Below are positions 1 to 9,018 of a stretch of DNA of 10,992 bases, in pieces. Source of the DNA: Bacteroidia bacterium. Lineage in GTDB: Bacteria; Bacteroidota; Bacteroidia; Bacteroidales; VadinHA17. The stretch is taken from contig JAPLDX010000013.1 in assembly GCA_026391215.1 (NCBI GenBank), positions 1-10,992 on the forward strand, in the 5' to 3' direction. Below the pieces are notes generated by a model that worked only from the letters and a program-made list of their open reading frames with translations, was not told where the DNA came from and ran no database searches. Each line of letters opens with the position of its first letter. Within the stretch, counting starts at the first letter, position 1. A program made the translations under genes and the position numbers.

Positions 1-156
1 GCCTGCTGCAGCAAGAGAATCGGTAATTCTGCCTGACGACCTGTCATAACCGGCAATTGCATATCCTCCCTTGCTGAAATATAAGGCAAGATCGCTCATG
101 CCGATCCCTCCGATCCCTACAAAATAAAAACCTTCTATGTCTTTAAAATCAATCAT
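1..156 (-). CDS. murC: UDP-N-acetylmuramate--L-alanine ligase MurC, N-terminal 52 codons (runs off left edge)
   Basis: Not in the ORF track. My translation from ATG at 156 gives MIDFKDIEGFYFVGIGGIGMSDLALYFSKGGYAIAGYDRSSGRITDSLAAAG, containing the MurC motif F-V-G-I-G-G-I-G-M-S and G-Y-D. The start overlaps the murG stop (ATGA), at the canonical position after murG. Confidence 0.93.
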   Translation of the reverse strand, partial: MIDFKDIEGFYFVGIGGIGMSDLALYFSKGGYAIAGYDRSSGRITDSLAAAG

Positions 157-1265
157 TTACCTGCCAGCTTCAATATTTCTTTTGCTATTCTTACATCAGC
201 GTCCCTGTCAGCCATATTTTTTATATTTTCCGACAAAACCGCTCTTCTACTGCTGTCAGCAACCAGTTTAATAGCCTCATCCACAAGGTTATCCAATGCT
301 TCACTGTCGCGGACCATAACCGCGGCATTCCTGCTGTAAAGGGCTTCTGCATTTTTTGTCTGGTGATCTTCAGCGACATTTGGAGAAGGAATGAGGATCA
401 CAGGTTTGCCTACCAGGCATAATTCTGAAATAGTCCCTGCTCCTGCCCTGGAAACTATTACATCTGCTGCAGCAAATGCATAATCCATCCTGTTGATGAA
501 ATCATGAACCGAAATCTCTTTGCATGAGGAGAGATTCACGAGCGCATTCACATTTTCGTAGTATAGCTTCCCTGTCTGCCATAACCACTGGTATCCCGAA
601 TCTGTTAACTTCTGAATATTCCCTGCGAGACTTTTGTTTATTGTCCCGGCTCCCAGTGAACCGCCGAGAACAAGTACCACGGGCATGTCTTTCTCAAGAT
701 TAAAAAATGAAAGCGCCTCGCTGCGCAAAGCGTCAAGGTTGTCAAAAGTCTGACGTACCGGGTTCCCCGTTTTAATTATTTTTTCAGCCGGAAAATATTT
801 TTCCATACCATCATATGCAACACAGATGACTGAAGCTTTTTTGGCGAGCAGCTTGTTGGTCACACCGGCATAGCTGTTTTGCTCCTGAATAAGGGTTGGA
901 ATTCCCATTTTCCCGGCTTGCTTCAGCACAGGTCCGCTGGCATAGCCGCCAACACCGACAACAGCATCAGGTTTGAATTCCCTGATTATTCCTCTTGCCA
1001 TGAAGAGGCTTTTTACAAGCTTATATAGTACAATTATATTTTTTGGCGTCAGGCTTCTATAGAATCCTGCTACCGGTAATCCCATTATTTTGTAGCCCGA
1101 GGCCGGAACCTTTTCCATCTCCATTTTTCCTTCAGCTCCGACAAAAAGGATCTCTGTTCCCGGATCCATCCTCCTGAGAGCATTAGCGATGGAAATTGCA
1201 GGAAATATATGGCCGCCTGTTCCCCCGCCGCTGATTATGATCCTTTTATGTTTTTGCTGGCTCAT
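153..1265 (-). CDS. murG: Undecaprenyldiphospho-muramoylpentapeptide beta-N-acetylglucosaminyltransferase MurG
   Basis: Motifs SGGGTGGHIFPA, GVGGYASGP, QEQNSYAG, TGNPVR, LGGSLGA, SRAGAGTISE, DHQTKNA. The ATG at 1265 (MSQQKHKRIII) is preferred over 1283 because it gives the smaller overlap with ftsW; the start is not certain. Confidence 0.96.
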   Translation of the reverse strand: MSQQKHKRIIISGGGTGGHIFPAISIANALRRMDPGTEILFVGAEGKMEMEKVPASGYKIMGLPVAGFYRSLTPKNIIVLYKLVKSLFMARGIIREFKPDAVVGVGGYASGPVLKQAGKMGIPTLIQEQNSYAGVTNKLLAKKASVICVAYDGMEKYFPAEKIIKTGNPVRQTFDNLDALRSEALSFFNLEKDMPVVLVLGGSLGAGTINKSLAGNIQKLTDSGYQWLWQTGKLYYENVNALVNLSSCKEISVHDFINRMDYAFAAADVIVSRAGAGTISELCLVGKPVILIPSPNVAEDHQTKNAEALYSRNAAVMVRDSEALDNLVDEAIKLVADSSRRAVLSENIKNMADRDADVRIAKEILKLAGK

Positions 1266-2457
1266 ATATCTTTTCTCCTTCATCGGAGATCTCTTCTTCT
1301 GTTAATTCTTCATTCCTGATCCTTGCATTGACAACCCTGCTGACACTCAATATCGCTCCTATTGAAAAGCTTATCACAAGAACAGATGTCCTTCCCCAGC
1401 TGACCATCGGAAGAGTCTGACCCGTCACCGGGAATAATCCGACTGCCACCAGCATGTTCAGCATTGCCTGGACCACTATCATCACCGTCAGTCCAAGCAC
1501 CAGGAATGCCGGGAATGCAGTCTCACATTTTTTAGCAATTGTTATTGCCCTGAACAGCAGTATCATATAGGCGAGGATCAGAGGGAATGCACCAAGTATC
1601 AATCCATATTCCTCAATTATTATTGCGAAAATAAAATCGGAGTTTGACTGCGGCAGCATATTCCTCTGCGTGCTTCTTCCAGGTGCCTTTCCGAACAGAC
1701 CTCCTGTTGAGATTGCAATTTTCGCCTGGTTCGTCTGATAATCATCATCGGCATTGCTATCAGCAGAAAAGAAGCTTTCAATCCTGTTTTTCCATACATC
1801 AACCCTGTTATCCTTAGTAACAACAGTAAGCACCAGTGCAAAGAGAACAACGCCTGCAACTGCCATTCCAAGGTATGCCAGCAGAAATTTAAAAGGCACT
1901 CTGCCTATATATAATATTATCATGCTGATCATAAAGATCATCATGGCTGTTGAGAGGTTTTCGGGCATTATAAGCGCACAGATTATGGCAACAGGGACCA
2001 TAAAGTATTTTGTTACCAGCATGAAATTACCAAGCTCATTCTGGTATTTTGAGAGGGTTCTTGCAAGGTAGAGCACAAGGGCCACCTTGGCAATGTCAGA
2101 TGTTTGAAGCCTGAAACCCGTGCCGGGTATTACAAGCCACCGGGTTGCTTCATTTATCCTGGCGCCAAAGAAAAGCGTAAGGACAAGCAGCCCTGCTGCC
2201 ACAATTAAAATTATCCCGGCCATTGCTGAATAGATCCTGTAAGGCAGATAATGGACCACTACTATTATACCAAGTCCGAGAATAAGCATGATTAACTGGC
2301 TCCTTAAAAAATATGTTGTATTGCCTCCGTAGTTTTTAAATGCCACTCCTACTGATGAGCTGTAAACTGACAGCAGGGAATAGACCATAAATAGAACTAC
2401 CAGGCCCCATATTGCCCTGTCTCCTTTAAACGTCTTTGTAAGCCAGCCTTGCTGCAT
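1246..2457 (-). CDS. ftsW: SEDS-family peptidoglycan glycosyltransferase FtsW
   Basis: 403 aa multi-pass membrane protein with INEATRWL, LQTSDIAK, AISTGGLFGKAPG, LPQSNSDFIFAIIIEEYG and FPVTGQTLPMVSWG. Lies between murD and murG in the dcw cluster. Confidence 0.93.
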   Translation of the reverse strand: MQQGWLTKTFKGDRAIWGLVVLFMVYSLLSVYSSSVGVAFKNYGGNTTYFLRSQLIMLILGLGIIVVVHYLPYRIYSAMAGIILIVAAGLLVLTLFFGARINEATRWLVIPGTGFRLQTSDIAKVALVLYLARTLSKYQNELGNFMLVTKYFMVPVAIICALIMPENLSTAMMIFMISMIILYIGRVPFKFLLAYLGMAVAGVVLFALVLTVVTKDNRVDVWKNRIESFFSADSNADDDYQTNQAKIAISTGGLFGKAPGRSTQRNMLPQSNSDFIFAIIIEEYGLILGAFPLILAYMILLFRAITIAKKCETAFPAFLVLGLTVMIVVQAMLNMLVAVGLFPVTGQTLPMVSWGRTSVLVISFSIGAILSVSRVVNARIRNEELTEEEISDEGEKIYEPAKT

Positions 2458-2468
2458 TTAGAAAAATT

Positions 2469-3806
2469 TTAAAGATTACGGACTGCTTTCTTAAACTGCC
2501 AGCCCCTGTCCTCATAATTGTTGAACAGGTCGAAACTGGCACAGGCAGGTGATAACAGCACTGTTTCTCCCTTTTTTGCCAGGTAATACGAAGACCTCAC
2601 TGCTTCCTCCATTGAACTCGTTTCAACTATTGTCGGGACTAAATCTTTGAAAGCCTCCATAATTTTCCTGTTATCTTTACCCAGGCATACCACAGCCTTG
2701 ACTTTCTGCTTTACTATCGTGAACAGTTCTGAATAATCATTCCCTTTGTCTATGCCTCCCACTATCCAGATTACATTGGTTTCCATACATTCAAGAGCGT
2801 ACCATGTTGAGTTTACATTTGTCGCTTTTGAATCATTGATGAAGTTAATGCCGCTTACTTTGATCACCGGTTCAAGGCGGTGTTCAACTCCCTGAAAATC
2901 AGCAAGACTTTCCCTGATCATATCCTTACGGATGTTCAGTACTTTACCTGCAATTGCTGCTGCCATTGAATTGTAGGTGTTGTGACGGCCTTTTGATGCC
3001 AGTTCATGAATAGTCATAAGCTTGGTTTTATGTTGGTAATCAATTATTAATTCATCGCCTTCGAGGTAAGCAGCCATATTTTCCTTTGATGTATCGGAAA
3101 AAGGAAGCCGTGTCATTTTAAATTTCTTTTTTGCCAGTTCAGCTTTTATAACCGGATCATCAGCCCAGTAAATAAGGAAATCTGATTTTGTCTGATTTTG
3201 GGTGATCCTGAATTTTGAGTCGATATAGTTCTGAAGGTTATATCCATACCTGTTGAGGTGATCAGGAGTGATATTCATCAGTATGGCAATCTCTGCCTTA
3301 AATTTGTACATCCCGTCAAGCTGGAAGCTGCTCAGCTCTATCACATAGTAATCGTAAGAACCATCAGCCACGGCCATGGCAAAGCTGTTGCCCACATTTC
3401 CTGTCATCGCGACATTTTTGCCTGCTTTCTTAAGAATGTGATAGATAAGATTTGTGACTGTTGTTTTCCCGTTGCTGCCGGTCACACATATCTTGATGCC
3501 TTTTGTATACCTGCCTGCAAATTCAATTTCAGAAATTACAGGTATGCCCTTTTTATGAAGCTTAATAATTAATGGTGCATCCTCGTGAATGCCGGGGCTC
3601 TTAATTACTTCATCAGCTGTCAGTATCTCCTTCTCAGTGTGCTTATTCTGTTCCCACCTTATCTTATGCTTGTCAAGAATCTCCCTGTATTTTTCCTTGA
3701 TAGGCCCATTATCAGATACAAACACATCAAATCCCTTTTTCTGTGCAAGTATTGATGAACCTGTACCACTTTCCCCTGCTCACAGTATTACAATTTTCTT
3801 TTTCAT
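2469..3806 (-). CDS. murD: UDP-N-acetylmuramoyl-L-alanine--D-glutamate ligase MurD, interrupted as sequenced by an in-frame TGA at codon 9 (3780-3782)
   Basis: The ORF track gives 2469..3725, but the frame extends to ATG at 3806, 4 nt after the mraY stop: MKKKIVIL*AGESGTGSSILAQKKGFDVFVSD. The reconstructed protein is 445 aa. Motifs VTGSNGKTT, ELSSFQL, ITPDHL, VEHRLE, NDSKATN, LLSPACASFDLF. Confidence 0.93.
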
Positions 3807-3810
3807 TCAA

Positions 3811-5067
3811 CTATCTGATCTTCAGTGTCACAATGCTTATTACTGCAAGTATTATAGCCACTATCCAGAACCGTGTGACTATTTTCGGTTCAGGATATCC
3901 TTTTTTCTGGTAATGATGATGAAGCGGCGCCATCAGGAATATTCTCCTGCCAGTACCATATTTTCTCTTTGTCCTTTTGAACCAGGCAACCTGCAATACA
4001 ACCGACAGGTTCTCAACAAGAAATATACCGCACAGTATCGGGATCAGCAGCTCTTTCCTGATGACGATTGCAAATACGGCAATGATCCCGCCAAGGGCAA
4101 GGCTGCCGGTATCTCCCATGAATACCTGCGCAGGGTATGAGTTATACCACAGGAAACCGATGGTAGCTCCGATAAAAGCGCTGGCAAATATCACAAGCTC
4201 TTCTGAACGTGGTATGAACATAATATTAAGATAATCGGCATAGATTATATTACTGGAAACGTAAGCCAGTATTCCAAGTGAGGCTCCGATTATGGCGGAG
4301 GTCCCTGTGGCCAGTCCGTCAAGCCCGTCAGTCAGGTTAGCTCCGTTTGACACTGCCGTAAGAATAAAAATTATGATCAGGACAAAGACAAGCCATGTCC
4401 AGGGCTGTCTGTGATCTTTACTGATGAAAGCGACAAGCCATGAATAATCAAACTCATTGTTTTTTACAAAGGGGATCGTTGTCTTTGTTGATTTTCTCTC
4501 CATAGAGATCTCATCCTGCGAAGTCACAGGTGAAGAAGGATCAAGCATTTCAGTTCTCTCCCTTGCTGTAAGGTCGGAGACGCTTACCTTTTCCTGTATC
4601 ATCACATCATCACTTAGAAAAAGGGTTAGTCCGACAATCAGTCCCAGTCCTATCTGACCAGCTATTTTGAACTTTGCTGCCAGGCCTTCTTTATTCTTCC
4701 TGAATACTTTAATATAGTCATCTACAAAGCCTATCGCGCCAAGCCATACGGTAGTAAGCAGCATCAGTATGACATAAACATTATCAAGTTTGGCAAAGAG
4801 AAGAGTTGGCACCAGTATTGACGCGAGTATGATGATCCCTCCCATTGAAGGGGTTCCTTTTTTCTGATACTGACCTTCCAGTCCGAGGTCCCTGATAACC
4901 TCACCAACTTGTTTCTTCTGAAGAAAAAGGATTATCTTCTTTCCTATCATCAGCGATATGAAGAGGGAGGTTATTACGGCAGCAGCAGATCTGAAGGAAA
5001 TATATCCAAATACACCGGCTCCGGGCACATTCAGTTTTTCAAGATATTCAAACAAATAGGTCAGCAT
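3811..5067 (-). CDS. mraY: Phospho-N-acetylmuramoyl-pentapeptide transferase MraY
   Basis: Motifs [56 protein letters not shown]. Multiple hydrophobic helices. Confidence 0.97.
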   Translation of the reverse strand: MLTYLFEYLEKLNVPGAGVFGYISFRSAAAVITSLFISLMIGKKIILFLQKKQVGEVIRDLGLEGQYQKKGTPSMGGIIILASILVPTLLFAKLDNVYVILMLLTTVWLGAIGFVDDYIKVFRKNKEGLAAKFKIAGQIGLGLIVGLTLFLSDDVMIQEKVSVSDLTARERTEMLDPSSPVTSQDEISMERKSTKTTIPFVKNNEFDYSWLVAFISKDHRQPWTWLVFVLIIIFILTAVSNGANLTDGLDGLATGTSAIIGASLGILAYVSSNIIYADYLNIMFIPRSEELVIFASAFIGATIGFLWYNSYPAQVFMGDTGSLALGGIIAVFAIVIRKELLIPILCGIFLVENLSVVLQVAWFKRTKRKYGTGRRIFLMAPLHHHYQKKGYPEPKIVTRFWIVAIILAVISIVTLKIR

Positions 5068-5077
5068 CGTCTATATT

Positions 5078-6535
5078 TTATTTCTGTAACAGGGCTTTTC
5101 TGATTTCCTCCCTGTCATCAAAATGGTGTTTCACTCCGTTAATCTCCTGGTATGGTTCATGTCCTTTGCCTGCAACCAGTATAACATCACCAGGAACAGC
5201 CATCATTACCGCGGTTTTTATTGCCTGGCGCCTGTCAACGATTCTCACTGTTTTATTCTTCAGCTCCGGTGTTATTCCTTCCTCCATATCATCAAGTATT
5301 TTTTCCGGATCCTCCGTCCTTGGATTGTCGGAAGTAAGGATAACCCTGGTGCTCCCTTCAGCAGAGATGGCTGCCATCTTCGGCCTCTTGGTCCTGTCAC
5401 GGTCGCCCCCGGCGCCCACAACAGTAATAAGCTGCATATTGTCTTTCCTGATCTTGTTCAGGGTCCCGATGACATTCATGAGAGCATCAGGTGTGTGTGC
5501 ATAGTCCACGATCCCCGTTATTCCTTCAGGTGATCTGATCACTTCAAGCCGTCCCGGTACAGGTGAAAGGCTGCTCAGAATTGTAAGTATCTCCTTTCGT
5601 TCTGCACCAAGAAGCTCAGAGGCTGCACAAACTGCAAGAAGATTTGAAGCATTGTAATCACCTATAAATCTCGTCCAGACTTCCTCTCCCATTATTTTCA
5701 GTCCCATTCCTTCAAAGCTCTGGTCAATGATCCCGCATCTGAAATCTGCCATACTTCTTAATGAAAATGTATAGTGATGAGCTTTGCAATTCTGAAGCAT
5801 CACCAGGCCATTTTTATCATCAGCATTAACCAGCGCAAAAGCATTTTCCGGGAGGGAGTCGAACCAGCTTTTTTTTGCTGCCAGGTAATTGCTGAAAGTT
5901 TTATGATAATCGAGATGATCGTGTGTAAGGTTGGTAAATATCGCCCCTGCAAATTCAAGTCCTGCAATCCGTTGCTGATCAGCCGAATGCGAGCTTACCT
6001 CCATAAATGCATAATCACAGCCTGCAGCTCTCATTTCAGCCAGCAACCGGTTAAGCTGTACAGGATCGGGAGTGGTATGAGTGGCCGGCAGCTCCTTATC
6101 AATAATATAATTGCAGACGGTTGAAAAAAGGCCGCATTTATTACCCAGGCCGGTAAACATCCTGTAGAGCAGTGTGGCAATGGTTGTTTTGCCGTTTGTG
6201 CCTGTCACACCCACAAGCTTCAATGAAGCTGACGGCCTGCCATAAAAGTTTGATGATGCCTGGCCAAGGGCTTTGGCCGAATCGCCGGTTTTTATCCAGC
6301 AGACTTTATTATCGGGGTTGTCAGGAAGGCTTTCACAGATTATTGCTGAAGCACCAGATTCCAGTGCAAGGTTTATATAATCATGCCCGTCGCTCTTCGA
6401 TCCTTTTACTGCAACGAATAAAGAATCAGGCTTAACGTTCCGGGAATCAAATACTATATCTTTAATGTCCCTTTTCTCATCGCCCGAAAAAGAAACAATA
6501 TCTATTCCTGCCAGTATTTCATCAAGCTGCTTCAT
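5078..6535 (-). CDS. murE: UDP-N-acetylmuramoyl-L-alanyl-D-glutamate--2,6-diaminopimelate ligase MurE
   Basis: Motifs FDSR, GVTGTNGKTT, TTPDP, MEVSSH, FTNLTHDHLDYH, VDYAHTPDA, GAGGDRDRTKRPKM, SDNPRTED (DNPR meso-DAP signature), AGKGHE. Confidence 0.97.
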   Translation of the reverse strand: MKQLDEILAGIDIVSFSGDEKRDIKDIVFDSRNVKPDSLFVAVKGSKSDGHDYINLALESGASAIICESLPDNPDNKVCWIKTGDSAKALGQASSNFYGRPSASLKLVGVTGTNGKTTIATLLYRMFTGLGNKCGLFSTVCNYIIDKELPATHTTPDPVQLNRLLAEMRAAGCDYAFMEVSSHSADQQRIAGLEFAGAIFTNLTHDHLDYHKTFSNYLAAKKSWFDSLPENAFALVNADDKNGLVMLQNCKAHHYTFSLRSMADFRCGIIDQSFEGMGLKIMGEEVWTRFIGDYNASNLLAVCAASELLGAERKEILTILSSLSPVPGRLEVIRSPEGITGIVDYAHTPDALMNVIGTLNKIRKDNMQLITVVGAGGDRDRTKRPKMAAISAEGSTRVILTSDNPRTEDPEKILDDMEEGITPELKNKTVRIVDRRQAIKTAVMMAVPGDVILVAGKGHEPYQEINGVKHHFDDREEIRKALLQK

Positions 6536-6536
6536 A

Positions 6537-8651
6537 TCACATATTCAGTTCAAGAGATACTATCTGCCCCTCAACAAATCTTGCCCCATGAGCAGGCGAC
6601 TGCCTCAGCACCCTGCCTTTACCGTTGTACTTAACCCTGTAACCCGAATTTTCAAGAAGGTAGACTGCATCTCTCAGGCTCATTCCCCTGACATCCGGGA
6701 CCAGTCCCTTTTTAAAGCTTAATCCTACAAGCCTGATTGTATCTCCGCTTTCCCTTGTAGCCACCCAGTCTTCGTTTGAGGTTCTTTTATATCTGACATC
6801 AAACTCTCTTAGAACCTCATTTATGTCTTCTCTGTAGCCGTTGCCAGCTTCCGGTGCAGAAGGCTTATTATTGGAATTTGCAGCATTTCTGTAATCCCTG
6901 AAGAAATTTGTCGCATAGATCTTATCGGAGATTTCCTTGAACACTGATCCTGCGACCACGTTGCCGTAATAGACTCCGTTTGAAGGGGCATTTACGACAA
7001 CAATACACGAATAAAGAGGATTCTCTGCAGGGAAATAGCCGGCAAAAGATGCCTGATATGATACCCTGGAACCTGACCGGTATCCGGACTTCCCCATTGC
7101 GATCTGTGCCGTACCGGTCTTGCCTGCAATTTTATAATTGGAATTTTTCAGGTTAGTTGCCGTGCCATGCTCGACAACTCCCTCCATCATTTTCTTTGCC
7201 TTTTTTATTGTTGAACGTGATGCAATGGAGTTGATTATCACATCCGGTTCATAGCGTTTCAGTACAGTTCCGTTTCGCATTATTGCTGTTACGAACCTCG
7301 GCTTCATCATTCTCCCGTCATTAGCCACAGCATTATAGAATGTCAGTATCTGAAGAGGTGTCATCTGAACTTCGTATCCGTGAGACATCATCGGCAATGA
7401 AAGTCCCGACCAAAGCTTATCACCCGGATATCTTATCAGAGGCACTCCTTCTCCCTTAAGCTGGATATCAAGTTTTTCGTTCAGCTTCATCGCATACAGC
7501 CTGTCGATGAAAGCTTTGGGATTATTCTTGTAATGCTCAGTGATAAGCTTAGAGGTTCCCACGTTTGATGATTTCTCAAATACTTCCTTCACTGTAAGTT
7601 TACCATAACCCTCCTCCCTGGTATCCCTTATGACCTTGTTATAAAATTTTATGGTTCCGTTTCCTGTGTCAACGATATCACCGGTATCGATCACACCATC
7701 CTCAAGTGCTGCCATAATGGATGGAAGCTTAAAGGTTGAACCAGGTTCTGTGCTTTCGGCTATTGCATAGTTATACGATTCATGATAATTCCCGTTATCA
7801 TCCTGCTCCAGGTTTGCTATTGCCCTGATATCGCCTGTCGCCACCTCCATGACTATCGCACATCCATGTTGGGCATTGTGCTTCTTCAGCTGAGTCATCA
7901 GAGCTGATGATGCAACATCCTGCAAATCAATATCTATCGTTGTAACAACATCATTTCCGTCTTTGGCTTCAACGCTGCCGGCCACATCGACAGTTATCCA
8001 GTCGCCTCCTGTCAGCCTTTGCTTTATTACCACTCCGTTCTTCCCTGCAAGATCCTTGTCAAAGGAACCTTCTATTCCTACTTCAGTACCTTTGTCACCG
8101 AGATTCAGGTAGCCTATTGTGCGGGCAGCAAGCTCACTGTTCGGGAGTATTCTCCGGTTCTCAGCCTGGGCGACTAATCCTCCCTTATACTGTCCCTCCC
8201 TGAAGATTGGCAGTTCCCTGAGCTTTTTAAGAGTTTCATAATCCACCCTGCGTTTAATAAGGAAATACCTGTCGCCTCTTTTTCTTGCTTCGGTTATCAC
8301 CGATTTCCATCCTGCGGCTGATCTCTCTCCCAGAAGCTTTGTCAGTCCGGCAGAAAGGCCATTTATGCCGTTTGACCATGTCTTCGCCGACATCCCGGTA
8401 CTCCTGGTATCCATATAAATTGTATAGTAGGGGACGGAGCTGGCCAGCAGGCGTCCGTCATGTGCAAGTATGTCCCCCCGGTTTGCAGGCATTTCGGCAG
8501 TCTTATAAACGAATTTCTCGCTCATTGCTGACCATTTGCCATGCTGGACTGTCTGTAGAATCAGGATGCGGACAATAATGGCGACTGCAACAATGACCAG
8601 CGTAAAATACACTATGCCGCTTCTCGTTACTATTTCGTCCCTAAGTGCCAT
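6537..8651 (-). CDS. ftsI: Class B penicillin-binding protein FtsI (PBP3-like transpeptidase) with C-terminal PASTA domain
   Basis: N-terminal TM helix, RGDILAHDG dimerisation-domain motif, catalytic motifs EPGSTFK (SxxK), SSN (SxN) and KTGTAQ, and a C-terminal VPDVRGMSLRDAVYLLENSG PASTA-like segment. Located between ftsL and murE. Confidence 0.93.
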   Translation of the reverse strand: MALRDEIVTRSGIVYFTLVIVAVAIIVRILILQTVQHGKWSAMSEKFVYKTAEMPANRGDILAHDGRLLASSVPYYTIYMDTRSTGMSAKTWSNGINGLSAGLTKLLGERSAAGWKSVITEARKRGDRYFLIKRRVDYETLKKLRELPIFREGQYKGGLVAQAENRRILPNSELAARTIGYLNLGDKGTEVGIEGSFDKDLAGKNGVVIKQRLTGGDWITVDVAGSVEAKDGNDVVTTIDIDLQDVASSALMTQLKKHNAQHGCAIVMEVATGDIRAIANLEQDDNGNYHESYNYAIAESTEPGSTFKLPSIMAALEDGVIDTGDIVDTGNGTIKFYNKVIRDTREEGYGKLTVKEVFEKSSNVGTSKLITEHYKNNPKAFIDRLYAMKLNEKLDIQLKGEGVPLIRYPGDKLWSGLSLPMMSHGYEVQMTPLQILTFYNAVANDGRMMKPRFVTAIMRNGTVLKRYEPDVIINSIASRSTIKKAKKMMEGVVEHGTATNLKNSNYKIAGKTGTAQIAMGKSGYRSGSRVSYQASFAGYFPAENPLYSCIVVVNAPSNGVYYGNVVAGSVFKEISDKIYATNFFRDYRNAANSNNKPSAPEAGNGYREDINEVLREFDVRYKRTSNEDWVATRESGDTIRLVGLSFKKGLVPDVRGMSLRDAVYLLENSGYRVKYNGKGRVLRQSPAHGARFVEGQIVSLELNM

Positions 8652-8658
8652 TACCCGA

Positions 8659-9018
8659 CTATTTTTCTACCAGCAACTTATATGGTGGAGTTTTCGACTC
8701 CTCAAGATTCAGTCCTCTTTCCTTTACCAGCTTGTACACCTCCGATTGTCTGCTTATATACATCAGGCTGGCAGATGTGGAAAGTGACTCCGCCCTGAGC
8801 TCCTTAACCTCCCGCTGCAGACTCGTTGTCTCCCTTGTGATCTTCTCAGCATGAAACCTGTTGCCTATATAGATCGCAGCCAGGAGAGTGATAAGCAGAA
8901 CAAACCACAGGTTCTTCAGAATTATTTTTTCTGTTATCATGCTGCCGCTCAGCAGCTCTTTAATAAAACTCCCTGTCTTTACTTTCTTCTTCTTGTTGTC
9001 TTCTGCCTCTGCCATCAT
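8659..9018 (-). CDS. ftsL: FtsL-like cell division protein (Bacteroidota type)
   Basis: 119 aa with a basic N-terminal tail, a single TM helix (LWFVLLITLLAAIYIG) and a coiled coil (ITRETTSLQREVKELRAE). Canonical position between rsmH and ftsI. Confidence 0.85.
   Translation of the reverse strand: MMAEAEDNKKKKVKTGSFIKELLSGSMITEKIILKNLWFVLLITLLAAIYIGNRFHAEKITRETTSLQREVKELRAESLSTSASLMYISRQSEVYKLVKERGLNLEESKTPPYKLLVEK

Noticed and set aside
3723-3725. GTG start for murD proposed by the ORF track
   Set aside because: It would remove the conserved N-terminal strand and GxGxxG loop. MurD-like sequence continues upstream to ATG 3806, next to the mraY stop.
3780-3782. UGA recoding as Gly (genetic code 25) or selenocysteine insertion in murD
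   Set aside because: TGA acts as the normal stop of ftsI and murG in this window, and no other gene has an in-frame TGA. The position is a structural Gly rather than a catalytic Cys, and I see no convincing SECIS-like hairpin downstream.
3589-4140. 183-aa plus-strand ORF spanning the mraY/murD junction
   Set aside because: Antisense to two conserved genes with no recognisable motif; a likely shadow ORF.
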